From Chiloscyllium plagiosum (Eukaryota), in assembly GCF_004010195.1 (NCBI RefSeq), contig NC_057718.1, forward strand, positions 90,169,274 through 90,233,273: a stretch of DNA of 64,000 nucleotides, given 5' to 3'. The notes under the pieces were generated by a model. That model made no database searches, was not told the origin of the DNA, and saw nothing but the letters and a program-made list of their open reading frames with translations. Position 1 is the stretch's first letter; each line of letters begins with the position of its first letter. This document shows positions 10,631 through 23,199 of this stretch, in pieces. The translations under genes and the position numbers were made by a program.

Positions 10631-11424
10631 CTGCCCTTATAATACAGCACATCTTGCAACATCACTTTGAACAATTCTCAGCAGATCTGCCAATTTGTTT
10701 TAGTAAAATTAAAAGAAAACTCACCCTCGCAGAATCAGAGAATTGATAGAGCACAGGAGGCCATTCCGCCCATCATCTTAGCACTAGCTTTCCAAGTGTG
10801 GAAATGGATGTAGTGCCACTCTCCTGCAGGTCCCTCATATCCTTGCACATGTTTCTGTTCCAACGGCCATTCCGCGTGCTTCAATTGAACCTGCCTCCAT
10901 GGCCATCCCAGACAGTGCATTCCATCCCCTAACTATTCACAACTGCACATAATGAGCAGCAATTAATGCAAACCCAATATGTTGTCCTGAAGTGAGACAG
11001 ATTCTCTGAAGCTAACATCTGAGCAAGGTCACAAGTCATAGTTCACCAGCGTAGACAACAACATGTCCTTTTATAGGTTGAGGAATGCCACTCTGCATCA
11101 AACACAGGATAAGGTAAGGACTCAGTTTCCCATGAGCTACCACAGCCAGTTCAAGGGTTGAACCCACAGCCTGGCATCTTCACCAGACCGACATCTAACT
11201 ATCATTAAGACAAACAAGATTATTTTTCAGCCATAAGCACATATCAGGCTATGTAAAAATCTCAACTAACTGGTAGGGACACAGCGAATGTGTCCATGGT
11301 CATGCCTCACGTATGATGACTAATCACTCATTATTTAGGGGAGTTGAAGTCTGTGTGATGACTGTTTTGGGCAAAATGCAACAGGAAAAGAAACTGTGCC
11401 ACCATCCTATGCCTGCTTTTGTAT

Positions 11425-11752
11425 GGATGACATGGTGGCTCAGTGGTTAGCACTGCTGCCTCACAGTGCCAGGGACCCAGGTTCGATCCCAGCCTCAGGC
11501 AGCTATACATGTGGGGTTTGCACATTCTCCCTGCGTGGGATGTAGTCCAAAGATATGTAGATTAGCTGGATTAGCTGTGCTAAGTTGTCCTGTAGTGTCC
11601 AGCGATTTGCAGGCTAGGTAGATTAGCCATGATAAATGTGGCCTTATAGGGATAGGGTTGGTGTCTATTTTTGAATGTGATGCTCTTCAGAGGGTCAGGT
11701 ATACACTTGATGAAGTGAATGGTCCCTTTGTTCATTGTGGGGGATTCTATGA
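11425..11752 (+). mobile_element. HE1-type SINE (diverged)
   Basis: Head tggctcagtggttagcactgctgcctcacag...ggttcgatcc; tail gggattctatga. Confidence 0.85.
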
Positions 11753-11837
11753 CAGGTCCAGTTTATATTGTTTCTAATTCTATTGACCCCCCCAATTCCT
11801 GCTGTTGTATTTGGAGGTGCAAGTTCATAGAATCATT

Positions 11838-12143
11838 ATAGAATCCCTACACTGTAAAAACAGGCTATTTGGCCCAACAAGTCCACACTGACCCCCCCCC
11901 CCACCGAAGAGTAACCCTTCCAGACCCATTCCCCTACTCTAATACTCTACATTTACCGCTGACTACTGTACCTAACTTACACATCCCTGAATACTGTGGG
12001 CAAGTTTGCATGGCCAATTCACATCTTTGGATTGTGGGAGGAAATCCACGTAGGGATGGGGAAAACGTGCAAACTCCACACAGACAGTCACCCGAGGCTG
12101 GAATCGAACCCGGGTCCCTGGTGCTGTGAGGCAGCAGTGCTGG
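11838..12143 (-). mobile_element. HE1-type SINE
   Basis: Reverse complement of HE1 head and tail. Confidence 0.85.
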
Positions 12144-12254
12144 CCAAGTTCTTGTTATTATCAGATACTTTTACGTCCAATGTGCTAAAAGGAAATTTTG
12201 AACTCATTTAATAATCTTGATTAATAGTCACTGAGTACTTACAGATCTATTGTT

Positions 12255-12590
12255 GTAAAAGGAGACATGTTTTCAGCCCTTTCATCTTGTGATCATCAGG
12301 ACAGAATTGCAAGAATACCAAATCTCAAAGAGAACAGCAATTTATATTGCTTGATAAGGAAGTGCTGATTGGCAAGTGGACTCGGATTGGTAAAGGTATT
12401 GCTGTGGAGGATACAGCAAAGCTCCTATTTAAATTCAAACCAGGCCAGTCAATTCTTATTGGCCAAGGCATTGGTGTGGTGAATGCAGTCCCTCAAGCCT
12501 TTGTTGGGTTGAAAAAATGGTGGCAGGATTCTTGCGATTCAGTCCTGACGCATGCAAGTTGAAAATGTTTCAACAGTGTTCAATCTTTCC
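12255..12590. mobile_element. Probable PLE-derived fold-back element (family E) with CCAAT-rich interior
   Basis: Minus strand 12299-12280 reads CTGATGA tcacaagat GAAA; decayed mirror gtcctgacgcatgcaagttgaaaa near 12542; related copy at 60415-60900. Confidence 0.45.
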
Positions 12591-12599
12591 TGGAATTTG

Positions 12600-13437
12600 G
12601 GAAGTGATGTCAATGACAGCATTGGAGAGAGCGCAGAAACAATTTACAAGGATGTTGCCAGAATTGGAGGGTTTGAGTTATAGGAAGAGGCTGGATAGGC
12701 TGGGGATTTTTTTCACTGGAATGTAGGAGGTTGATGGGTGACTTTATAGAAGTGTTCAAAATCATGAGGGGCATGGGTAAGATGAATAGCAAAGGTCTTT
12801 TTCCCTGGTATAGGGGGAATTCAAAACGAAAGGGCATCTGTTTAAGTTTTTTCCTTTTTACATTACATTGTGGAAACAGGCCCTTCGGCCCAACAAGTCC
12901 ACACCGATCCGCCACCCACCCATACACCTACATTTACCCCTTACCTAACACTACGGGCAATTTAGTATAGCCAATTCACCTGACCTGCACATCTTTGGAC
13001 TGTGGGAGGAAACCGGAGCACCCGGAGGAAACCCACGCAGACATGGGGAGAATGTGCAAACTCCACACAGTCAGTCGCCTGAGGCGGGAATTGAACCCGG
13101 GTCTCTGGCGCTGTGAGGCAGCAGTGCTAACCACTGGGCCACCGTGCCACCCACAAAGTGAGAGGGGAAAGATTTAAAAGGGACCTGAGGGGCAACGTTT
13201 TCACTCAGAGTAGTGCATATATTGGTAAAGGTGTATATGGAATGAGCTGCCAGAGGAAGTGGTGGAGGCTGGTACAATTACAACATTTAAAAGGCATCTG
13301 GATGGGTACATGAATAGGAAGCGTTTAGAGGGATATGGACTAAGTGTAGGCAACTGGGACTGGTTTAATTTTGGAAACCTGGTCAGAATGGATGAGTTGG
13401 AGTGAAGGGCCTGTTTCAGTGCCCTATGATTCTATGA
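12600..13437 (+). mobile_element. CR1/HER1-type LINE 3' fragment split by HE1
   Basis: LERAQKQFTRMLPELEGLSY...; resumes at gtgagaggggaaag near 13158. Confidence 0.85.
12858..13152 (-). mobile_element. HE1-type SINE, young-looking (CpG retained)
   Basis: Very similar to the copies at 42102 and 49320. Confidence 0.9.
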
Positions 13438-14838
13438 CCAAGCAAAGAAGGAGGCCATTCAGCAGGTCTTACCTGTGCTAGCCCTTTGTTGGTCGGTTCA
13501 TTTTCAGTGTCAGACATTTCAGAGGGGCGTTGTGAAATTTGGATTGGGAAATGTTTCAGGAAAGAACTTCTATAGCCTCTTGGTAACGAGATCGTAATTC
13601 AATCGGTTCGTGTGATACACTTTTATTACATAAAGATTGGTGGCATTAGGAAATGCAATCCTGTACTACATACCTCCAACCTGAGTTGAGGATGCTATAT
13701 TTAATATTCTTCCAAGTGCCTACAACCCTTGAATGAGCCAGTATATTTATTGGAAAAGTGGTACTGTATGTCTAGTCTGTAATATTTATTAATGTTGTCT
13801 CAGGACATAATGATCTTGGTATATTTGTAAGCACTTAACTAAGAAAATTGTATTTAATATCTGAATTAATTGTGGAAAACCCACATTTGTATTACCTTAT
13901 GCAGTAGACTGTAGAATTAAATAATTGTAGCTTGGACTAACCCAGCAGGCGCTGAGTCTAGATGCCCAGTGTTCAGTGTTGTTCCGTTTTCAAGGTTTTA
14001 TGAAAATTGTAAAATTTGGGGAGCTGCGGACAGTTCAGTGAGCTCACAGAGGAGCTACAATCTCTCTGAATTGCATAGCCTGCCCTGCTCAGTGGAGGTT
14101 GCACTTGTGCTCAATGCCATAAATAAAACATTTCCACATCAGCTTGGACTCCACGAACCTGTGAACGTACAATAATAGCCTGTGATTGTTGACGAGGAGA
14201 GTCAGTCTGTGACTGCCGTACTGCTGGCCAGCTGTTGGTGTGTGAGTAGAGTTTCAGTTGTGTTGATGAACACACACCAGTTTCGATTCTTGAACCATCT
14301 ACCTGCACATCAGTTTCATCTCCCCTAATGGTGCAGGATGTCACGGTGAGGTGGATTTCATGGACCAAGCATGTAACACCGTAGAAGGAAATAAAATGGT
14401 CATGTCTGCACAGACTTGATGGGCCAGAGGAGCTCTCCCTGAGCTGCAGATCTCTGTGTTCACAATAGCTGGGAAAATCCTTGCTGTTGTGCCATTGTTA
14501 TCTCTAGAATTGTCGGCTCCATTACAAGGTAACCGAACCCTAGGACTGTCTTATGAGCAGAGATTGAGCTGATATTTTCGAGAATTTGGAAGAATGAGAG
14601 ATGATTTTTTTTTGCTGGTTACAAAATTCTGAACACTGACTTGACGTGGTAGGTGCAGGAAAGACCATAAGAAATAGGAACAGGAGTAGGCCATCCAGCC
14701 CTGAAGCCTGTTCTGCCATTCAATAGGACCATGGCAGATCCAACATTCCTCATGTCAGCTCTCCTGCCCTTTCTCTGTAACCCTTGATTCAACAATCTAT
14801 CTCTCTTGTGGGAAGGTGTTCTGAAGATGTTCCCTGTT

Positions 14839-15342
14839 AGGTTGTAAGTTTACCCACTGAGCTGGTAGATTTGTTCTCAGACATTTCATGCTAGGTAACA
14901 TCATCAGTGAGACTCTGACGAAGTGTTGGTGTTCTGTCCCACTTGCTATTTATGTGGCTTGGTCTGTTGTGGTAGGTGATATCACTAGCATCCTTACATA
15001 CAGATGAAGAGGGACACCAGTTCGACTGGGACAATATGTCCATCCTGGGACACGCTAAACAAAGACATGCACGGGAATTCATACAGGATCTCCATTAGCA
15101 AACATATCAATTTGGACCCCATTTACCAACCTCTCAGAAACAGAACCGGAAATTATATCACCAACCTCAACAGACCAAGACACACAAATAGAAAGTGGGA
15201 TGGAACACCAGTGCTTCATCGGAGGCTCACTGATGATGTTACCCAGCATGGTGCCGAAACGTCAGAGAACGAATCTACCAGCTCAGCGAGCAAACTTACA
15301 ACCTGATCCACAACCTGAGCTATAAATCTTCTCCAAAATCGC
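14839..15342 (+). mobile_element. Truncated Penelope-like retroelement (family D): inverted terminal repeat, GIY-YIG C-terminus, hammerhead, tail
   Basis: 14839-14982 is an inverted copy of about 15155-15304; translation HTDEEGHQFDWDN...SISKHINLDPIYQPL; flanks atgttccctgt (14827-14837) / atgtttcctgt (15345-15355). Confidence 0.85.
15226..15267 (+). ncRNA. Minimal hammerhead ribozyme motif, partly decayed
   Basis: CTGATGA (15230-15236) T GTTACC cagcat GGTGCC GAAA CGTC; one mismatch in stem II and one at the base of stem I. Confidence 0.6.
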
Positions 15343-15994
15343 AAATGTTTCCTGTGACTGGGATGGGTTGGGGATATATACTGGGAATAACGAACAGGTC
15401 ACCTAGGACTGAGATAAGGTCGAATTTCTTCACTGGCAGGGAGTGGGGGAGGATGAGGAATGAAAGGTAACTATTTGGAATTCTCGATCCCCCCCCAGAG
15501 GGCTATGGACGTTCAGTCATTGAGTATTTCAAGTCTGAGATCGATACTAGATATTAAAGGCATCAAGGGATATGGGGAAATGTGTGGGAAAATAGCATTG
15601 AGATGGAAGATCACCCCTGATCTAGTGACCCCTGACATAGCAGGTTGAATGGCCTACTACTCCTACTTCCATTGCTCCATTTCCCAGCTGCTGTCCCCCA
15701 TGTTGCCTTCCCTAAACATGAGTCCGAAAGCACTTGCTTTCCACGTCTAACTTGCACTCAGTCTCATTCGCCCTTCACCCCTATTGTCACTGGTTCCTGG
15801 TTAAACATTGTCCTATTTTAAAATAACAAATAATGAAGAAAGTCAGGCCATGAAAGAAGCTGAAAGCTGAAGCAATGCAACAAGTGAGAGCTTTTTCACA
15901 GGTTAGGAAGTACGTGTGTGCAACACAGGACAAAAAGAAAACCTTTCTGTTGTCATAGTGCCATATCTTCATGCTTTTCAGTGTCTCTCGGGGT

Positions 15995-16640
15995 TCATAT
16001 GGTAGCATGCCCACCTGAGAAAGAAGGTTCAGTGTTAAACTCCCCCACCCTAGTGCCTCAAAAATAAAACCATGTTGTTTGGGGCAGCATGGTGCTCAGT
16101 GGTTAGCACTGCTGCCTCATAGCACCTGAGACCCGGGTTCGAATCCAGCCTCGGGCGACTGTCTATGTGGAGTTTGCACGTTCTCCCCGTGTCTGCATGG
16201 GTTTGCTCCGGTTTCCTCCCACAATCCAAAGATGTGCAGAACAGGTGAATTGGCCATGCTAAGTTTCCCCATAGCATTCGGGGATATGGAGGGTAGCTAC
16301 ATTAGTCAGGAGTAAATGTAGAGCAATAGGTTTGGGGAATGGGTCTGGGTGGGTTACTCCTCGCAGGATTGGTATGGACTTGTTTGGCCAAAGGGCCTGC
16401 TTACACACTGAAGGGATTCTATGGATAAAAACCTACACAGATTCCCAATGCGTTACTGAGGGAGTGCTGCACTGTTTCTCAGATGAAACACTGGGGCTTC
16501 ACCTGCCCTTGGAACTGGGTGCGAACTATGTCAAAGAAGGCCAGTAGGCAGAACTCTGCTGTGAGCTCCACTTGGAAAGAAATCTGCTTATTTTCCACAT
16601 GCTGTTTGTGAACTAGATGTGCACAAATTGCATTTCCTGC
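15995..16640 (+). mobile_element. Old DeuSINE-like (SacSINE1-type) remnant split by HE1
   Basis: actgagggagtgctgcactg...cagatgaaac and tgctgtttgtg...gtgcacaaattg resemble the Deu-domain consensus as recalled; head-like ggtagcat...agaaggtt before the HE1. Confidence 0.55.
16082..16422 (+). mobile_element. HE1-type SINE, full length
   Basis: Head, core and gggattctat tail present. Confidence 0.9.
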
Positions 16641-17139
16641 GCAGAACAGAGACAGCATTTGCGAAGGATTTATCAATCTCCAATTGACTCCATTCCTCTC
16701 TCAGCGACAGTCTTGGACAAATCCAGGCTTCTTGCATAATTGGTTCTGGTGATAAGCTCCTGACTCCATCTTCCTGCTCTCTCTAAAATAAATCTTTTCC
16801 ATCTTGGCACGTGACATAAAAATGTCACCCTAGCCTTGACGTATCTGTGGCTGCATTCCTTCATTATCTCTTGATTGTTCCATCAGACGCCTTGCTGGTG
16901 TCCCACATTTCACTCTCTGTAAACCTGCACTCCATATCCTAACTCTGTGTCCCCTGCACCGATCACCCCTCTGCCCACTAACCTACATTAGCTCCCGATT
17001 AAGCACCAGACTGGTTTTATCATTCTTGCCCTTGTTTCCAAATCCTGTCATAGCATCACACCGCCCTATCTCCTCCAGCCCCATAACTGTTGGAATTTAG
17101 GAGAATGGGGGGGCGGGGGGGGAAGGATTTATAGAAACA

Positions 17140-17735
17140 GATAAAATTAGCCTCAAAATAAGGGGAAGCAGATTTCAGACTGAGTTGAGGAGGAACTTCT
17201 TCACCCAAAGGGTTGTGAATCTGTGGAATTCCCTGCCCAGTGAAGCAGTTGAGGCTACGTCGTTGAATGTTTTTAAGGCAAATTAGTTGGCACGGTGACT
17301 CGGTGGTTAGCACTGCTGCCTCACAGCACCTGGAATCTGGGTTCAATTCCTGCCTCGGGTGACTGTCTATGTGGAGTTTGCACGTTCTCCCCGTGTCTGC
17401 GTGGGTTTCCTCCGGGTGCTCCGGTTTCCTCCCACGGTCAAAGATGTGCAGGTCTGATGAATTAGCCATAGTATTAGGTGCATTAGTGAAGGGTTACTCT
17501 TTGGGGGGTCAGTGTGGACTTGTTGGGTCGAAGGGCCTGTTTCCATACTGTAGGGAGTCTAATCTAATCAAAGATAGACAGATTTTTGAACCATAAAGGA
17601 ATTAAAGGTTAAAGGTGAGAGGGTGGGTAAGTGGAACTGAGTCCATGAAGAGATTAGCCATGATCTTATTGAATGGCGGAGCAGGCTTGAGGGGCCATAT
17701 GGCCTACTCCTGCTCGTAGTCCTGATGTTCCTAAC
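17140..17735 (+). mobile_element. CR1-type 3' fragment containing an HE1 SINE (17288-17568, +)
   Basis: CR1 tttaaggca / aagatagacag is separated by an internally deleted HE1 ending tctaatctaatc. Confidence 0.8.
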
Positions 17736-17914
17736 TCTCTCGAACTCATCTAGTTCAGAGCTCTGGAACTCCCCACTTGTAATCACTGCACATTGTCCCC
17801 AAACTTTCAGTTGCCTAGGGCTCAAGATCTGGAATTCCTTCCCACCAACTTTCCCTCACCCTCATTTTTCTCCTTTAATACACTCTTTAAAACCTACCCT
17901 TTGATTAAGCTTTA

Positions 17915-18258
17915 TATAAGTTTACAAAATTATGAGGGGCATAGATAGGATAAATAGACAAAGTCTTTTCCCTGGTGTCGGGGAGTCCAGAACTAGAGGG
18001 CATAGGTTTAGGGTGAGAGGGGAAAGATATAAAAGAGACCTAAGGGGCAACTTATGGAATGAGCTGCCAGAGGAAGTGGTGGAGGCTGGGACAATTGCAA
18101 CAATTAAGAGGCATTTGGACGGGTATCTGAATAGGAAGGATTTGGAGGGATATGGACCGGGTGCTGGCAGGTGGGACTAGATTGGGTTGGGATATCTGGT
18201 CGGCATGGACGGGTTGGACCGAAGGGTCTGTTTCCATGCTGTACATCTCTATGACTCT
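17915..18258 (+). mobile_element. CR1/HER1-type LINE 3' end
   Basis: MRGIDRINRQSLFPGVGESRTRGHRF...WNELPEEVVEAG; tail ctgtacatctctatgactcta. Confidence 0.9.
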
Positions 18259-18846
18259 AATTAATATCTCCTTAAGTGGCTTGGTTTTGTATTTGGTTTC
18301 ATGCTGCCATTGGATGTACGGGATGTTTAACTACATTAAAGGCACTATATAAATATAGGTTGTTGTTGTAAAACAATTTGGAGTATCCTGAGGATGTGTA
18401 AGATGCCATATGAATACAACATTTTGTCTATGTCATGCCCCTCAGTTTCTAATCCATGCATAGATTTTTAAACAACTGAATCGTAAATCCCACAGGCAGT
18501 TCTGAAACACTCCCATTATCACTGTTGCATTTCTCACCCTCATTAATAGAAGTATGTTTTACAAGTGGTAAATATTTACCATAACTTCTGCTCTTGTCAT
18601 TACTGAGGCTGAACCATGTCTCTAATGAATTGCAATTGGTAGCCGTCAGCTGTTATAATAAAGGAAAACTGAAGACATTTTATTATTAAATCTGTCCTTT
18701 GCAGTTGCAGAACTGACAAAAGAAAATGCTGTTTAAATTTAGCCAGCTCGCATTTGTAATATAGGCAGCGATGCAGCTTTGTAGACGGAGACAAGTATTT
18801 CATTAATACTGAGAAATACAGTCTAGGCTCCAGAACAAAAATAGAT

Positions 18847-18951
18847 GAAAGTGAGGACTGCAGATGCTGGAGATTAGAGTCAAGATTAGGGTGGTGCTGG
18901 AAAAGCACAGCAGGTCAGGCAGCATCCGAGGGGCAGGAGCCCTTCATCAGG
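18847..18951 (-). mobile_element. PLE family-A single arm, hammerhead partly deleted
   Basis: gaaagtgaggactgcagatgctggag...gcagcatccgagg...cccttcatcagg. Confidence 0.75.
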
Positions 18952-19239
18952 ACACTGATCAGCAAATGCAGGCAATGCGCCTCCTTCCCAAATGGCGGGT
19001 CTGTAAACGCAAAATGGACAGTTCCAGAAAGCCACCACCTTCTCAAGAACAACTAGAAATAGACAATAAATGCTGGTCCAGCCAGTGATGCTTAGCTCCC
19101 ATGAATACATTTGTTAAAAATTTGTGCTGACTTAAAGCTTCAGATTTCAGAACACTGGAAGCAGTCATGGTGCAGCAGTAATTATAATGTAGTCCCTGTG
19201 ATTTATGTGCATTTTTATTGTCATTTATTTTAATTCTGG

Positions 19240-20105
19240 ATTTTTGAAATTTTAATTAGTGCCAAATGGGTTTTTCTGTGTATTTAAAGTTAATAATTAA
19301 CTTCCAAGTTAATTATTAGTGATACTTTTAAAATAGTTTGTGAGAGCTAGTTGTCAGAACTAATGGGTTTTTGTGTACATTCCAGGTTTTTACAACTGAA
19401 TAAGGTAAGCATTTGTGCATCAAGGGTTGATAGTAAGTTTTGGATTTTTTTTTAAGGGGAAACTTTGAGAATTAGATCTTTCCTTTTTAGGCAGTTCTAA
19501 GAGGTTCTTGGATGAAGGTAGATAACTTAAGATATGTGCCTGAGAATGGGACAGGATAGTTAGATTTGTTAAGAATAGGTTACCTTAGGGTCAGGAATTA
19601 CTAAAAGATCGAGTCGAGATGTGTTTGGATAAAAGCCTGAAGAGATTATTTGAAGTTGAGTGCATTTAAGCTCAGGTATGTGATAGCTCCAGGAAGAAGT
19701 AATCAGATTTTTAAGACTTGGAGATGAAGCCATAGTTAAATCTATCAAGATTAATGAAATATTTTAAAATCTGGTGTGAGGGATGTTTCTGAGAACTTAA
19801 GGGAATGATTTTCAGATCTGTAAGGGAATGTTTTCAGATTAATAGGATTCTATTTTACTGTGTGTTTAAAAACATTTAAGAAAAGGGTTCAGAAAAGATT
19901 TTCTCTATGACTCTTTTGTGCTGTATATCCATAGATTGGTCTGTTCTATTTTATTTTCACATCTTTTGCTTGGCAGCTTTAGTTTTATTGTTAAAACCAT
20001 ATCAGTAACATTGTTTAAATGAAACAAATAAAATATGATCTATCAAGCCAAGTTTCAGACAGGAAACTGACTTGTCCTGTCATAGCGTCAACTGGAATCA
20101 TTGCA
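19240..20105 (+). mobile_element. Possible solo LTR (unclassified)
   Basis: Distinct AT/purine-rich block with a late AATAAA near 20026 and a CA end; no second copy in the window. Confidence 0.25.
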
Positions 20106-20210
20106 GTTTATAATGGGGATGGGGTTTTGTGTAGAAAGGGCTAGGCCCATTACCTTTTACTGTCGGAGTAGCTATTGCTGAAGAAGGGGTTTTAGCTCAA
20201 CCTGATAGGA

Positions 20211-20260
20211 GGAGAAAGTGAGGACTGCAGATGCTGGAGATCAGAGCTGAAAATGTGTTG
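20211..20260 (-). mobile_element. PLE family-A tail-only fragment
   Basis: ggagaaagtgaggactgcagatgctggagatcagagctgaaaatgtgttg. Confidence 0.7.
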
Positions 20261-21126
20261 TGGCGATCGTGGAGGCGGTTGTCTGGGTGGCGATCGCGGA
20301 GGCTGCAAGGAGAACAGGAATAAAGATAAGGAACTTGAAATAACAAAGATGGTACAGGACATGGTGAAAAAGCTATATCAATTTGTCAGAGTTAAGGAAC
20401 AGGGGAAGAGGTGTTACTCATTGGAAAAATATTAGAGTTTGCTCAACCATGGGAAGAGGACAGACATTGATGATTTAGAACGCAAGAACATAGAACGTTT
20501 TGTTCTATATAGCAATGTTCCATCTTCTGAATTAAATGTACCTTCTTAATTATGAATTTGTCTTGTTGGGATTCTTCATTTTGGCTCAATGGGTCATAAT
20601 TTCAACAAGTCCCAGTGTAATCTTAGCACTTCTACATTGCATCACCCTGACTGTATGAACAACTCTTCAGTTGCAAAGAAATTAGTGCCCTTGGTCAGAA
20701 AGCAATTCATCTTGGTCCTGGTATTGACTGAAGCTTTTAATTACGCTTTTGTAAAGCTATTGATTCAAAGAAGACTTTATTGCGATTTTGCCTCAGTTTT
20801 AAAAATCAGCTTTGAGGGTCTTTGTACGAATTTTGCAAATAGTAAGTTTTTAAATGACTGTCCATTGCTTCCTTCTTATGTCTAAGAGGAGATGTCCCTT
20901 TGACTTTTTGCTTTGCTAATAACTCCCCAATTCCTCTTCTAAGGAGTCAGGCTCGCATTAGAAATGTTTATTTAGCTTTGTATCAAAACCAAAACAGGTT
21001 TATCTGCAGATGCAGACTGACCTGCAAATCTATATCGCTTTTTGCTTCTTTTGAGTGTTCAAATTTAAAAATAAACAGCAGGAAGCAAAGTCAGAGGGTT
21101 GCTAATTGCAAAACTACTGCTGTTAA

Positions 21127-21625
21127 GTCATAGAGTCACACAGCATGGAAACAGTCCCCTTGGTCCAACTAGTCCACACCAACCATATTCCCAAATGAAA
21201 CTAGTTCCACTTGCCTGCATTTGGCCCACATTTCTCCAAATCTTTCCTATTTACCAACATGTCTTTTAGATGTTGTCACTGTACCCACATCCACCATTTC
21301 CTCTGGCAGTTCATTCAATACACGAACCACCCTGTGTGCCAAAAAAGTTGCCTCTTATGTGCTTTTTAAAACTTACTCCTCTCACCTTAAAAGTATGCTC
21401 CCTAGTTTTAGACTCCTCCACCCTAGGGAAAAGACACCTGCCATTCACCTTATCTATGCCCCTGATGATTTTATCAACCTCTCTAAGGTCATCCCTCAAC
21501 CTCCCACACTCCAGGGAAAAAACAACTCCCAGCCTATTTTTATAACTCAGACCCTCCATTGCCAGTAATGTCCCAGTAAATCTTTTCTGAACCTTCTCCA
21601 ATTTAATAATATCCTTCCTATAGTT
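21127..21625 (-). mobile_element. CR1-type LINE 3' fragment
   Basis: Minus ORF YRKDIIKLEKVQKRFT...RGNFF. Confidence 0.85.
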
Positions 21626-22594
21626 ATTCAATTAAAAGTGATAATTGTTAGCTAAAATGTACATACATAAGGATTAAAAGTATTTATTGATAAAAGATGC
21701 TAATGAAGATGACACCAAGGATAGTCTGTCTCACTGCAGATGTGTGATCACCTTGAAGATATTCATTCCAAAGTAAACCTGAAATCAGAATTCAGCAGCT
21801 GTGATGGATTCTGTAGGGGAATAGCTTGTACAGATGGCCGGACAAGAGCTGGTTCTGGGAGGAAGTGAGGGCTTCTTTATTTTAGTTCTACAGATTGAAG
21901 CCTAGCTTAGCAATCAACCTTTTAGGTGGTCTTCCTGTTGAGAACCCTCTCTTTCTGATGGTGCCTCTCTTTTGGAATTCTGTCAAAATGGCATCTCAGA
22001 GTCTGTTTTACCATACCTAAAGCAAAGTGGCTCCTAAGTTAACTTGGATATATCACTGTTGTACAAGTCAATGTCAATTAGGCTGAATTTCCTGTGGTTT
22101 CCTTCCAGCCTTCTCTGACACTTAGAATTCTCACACCATTGGAAGGATCTGTAACACTGTCTCAGGATTGATTGACTTCTAAATGTCTTTCTTTGGGATT
22201 GTTGCAAAGAAAGCACATCAATCTGTCTGCTCTTTAGCTGTAGTCAGGCAGCAATCTGTCACATGACTTCTTGGAGCTGCCTTGCAAGATTCTGTGTCCA
22301 TTTCAAAAAGTCAAATTACCGTTTCTGGGCAAAAGCTATTCTGTTATAATTACATCTTTGTCAATTTGTATGTCATGCATGTTAATACTAACCAGAAACA
22401 CTTCATCAATGGGTAAATGCATTCTGTAGTGTGGGATATAACTCTACAGATTGGGATATTTCAAACTCTGCTCTGTGCTGACTAGGCCTTTTCAGTTAGA
22501 GCAGCAGTACAGGGATAACAGTCATAGCAAGGTGAGAGACAGGACATGAAAGCATCGGTGTAGTCTATGGTCTCGATGTATCGAAGGCAGGATA

Positions 22595-23111
22595 CAGGTA
22601 TCCCCTGCTTTTTGAACGTTCGCTTTACAGCAATTTGTTTTTATGAAAGATCTGTTTTCGCTAACCGAAAGAGGATTTCCGCTTTTACGAAAAAGCGCAC
22701 GCAGTGAGAATGGCCACCAAGTGCCTTCCCGGGAACTACACTCGGCGTCAAGCCGCCATAGTTTTGAACTGTGTCTGAACGACGGACCTTAACCTTTGAC
22801 ATCAAGGCAGGCAGACATAGAAGCAAGTGAAGACGTTAGTGACCTGCCTGCCCTGATGGATTCAGACAACAATGAGATGTTAATAGGTGACCCTCTCCCT
22901 CTCCTACACTCCAGTCTCCTGTACCTCCCACCACCCCAACCTCCGATGGTCTTTACTATATGTTAGTGTTAGTTTAGGTTTTGTGTGGTATTTGGTTTGA
23001 TTTGATAGGTTATTTTTGGGTCTGGAAACGCTCAAACATTTTTCCCCAAAAAATTAATGGTAATTGCTTCTTCATGCCATACTCTACTTTTGGATAGTGG
23101 GAGACAGACTG
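22595..23111. mobile_element. Tigger/pogo-like non-autonomous DNA element
   Basis: TA|CAGGTATCCCC start, decayed mirror ggatagtgggaga...CTG|TA end; subterminal cgcttttacga motifs. Confidence 0.55.
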
Positions 23112-23199
23112 TAACATGCCTTTAATGTTTCACAAGATCCAATTGAAATGATATGTATGTGCTGGCTGCATGAACCTGATAGTGCAGGCCAGAGACAGG

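Larger units (their letters stand above)
16750..18370 (+). mobile_element. Old L2-type LINE 3' region interrupted by two CR1 insertions
   Basis: cctccagcccc, ctggaattccttccc, ctttaaaacctaccctttga and tail taaaggcactatataaat...ttgttgttg in collinear order. Confidence 0.5.

Noticed and set aside
16082..16160. tRNA gene-like A/B boxes (also at all other SINE heads)
   Set aside because: They continue directly into SINE bodies; no independent tRNA gene is supported.
19386..19404. 19-nt segment between ccag and gtaagc
   Set aside because: Frameshifting length and inside a probable repeat; no other support.
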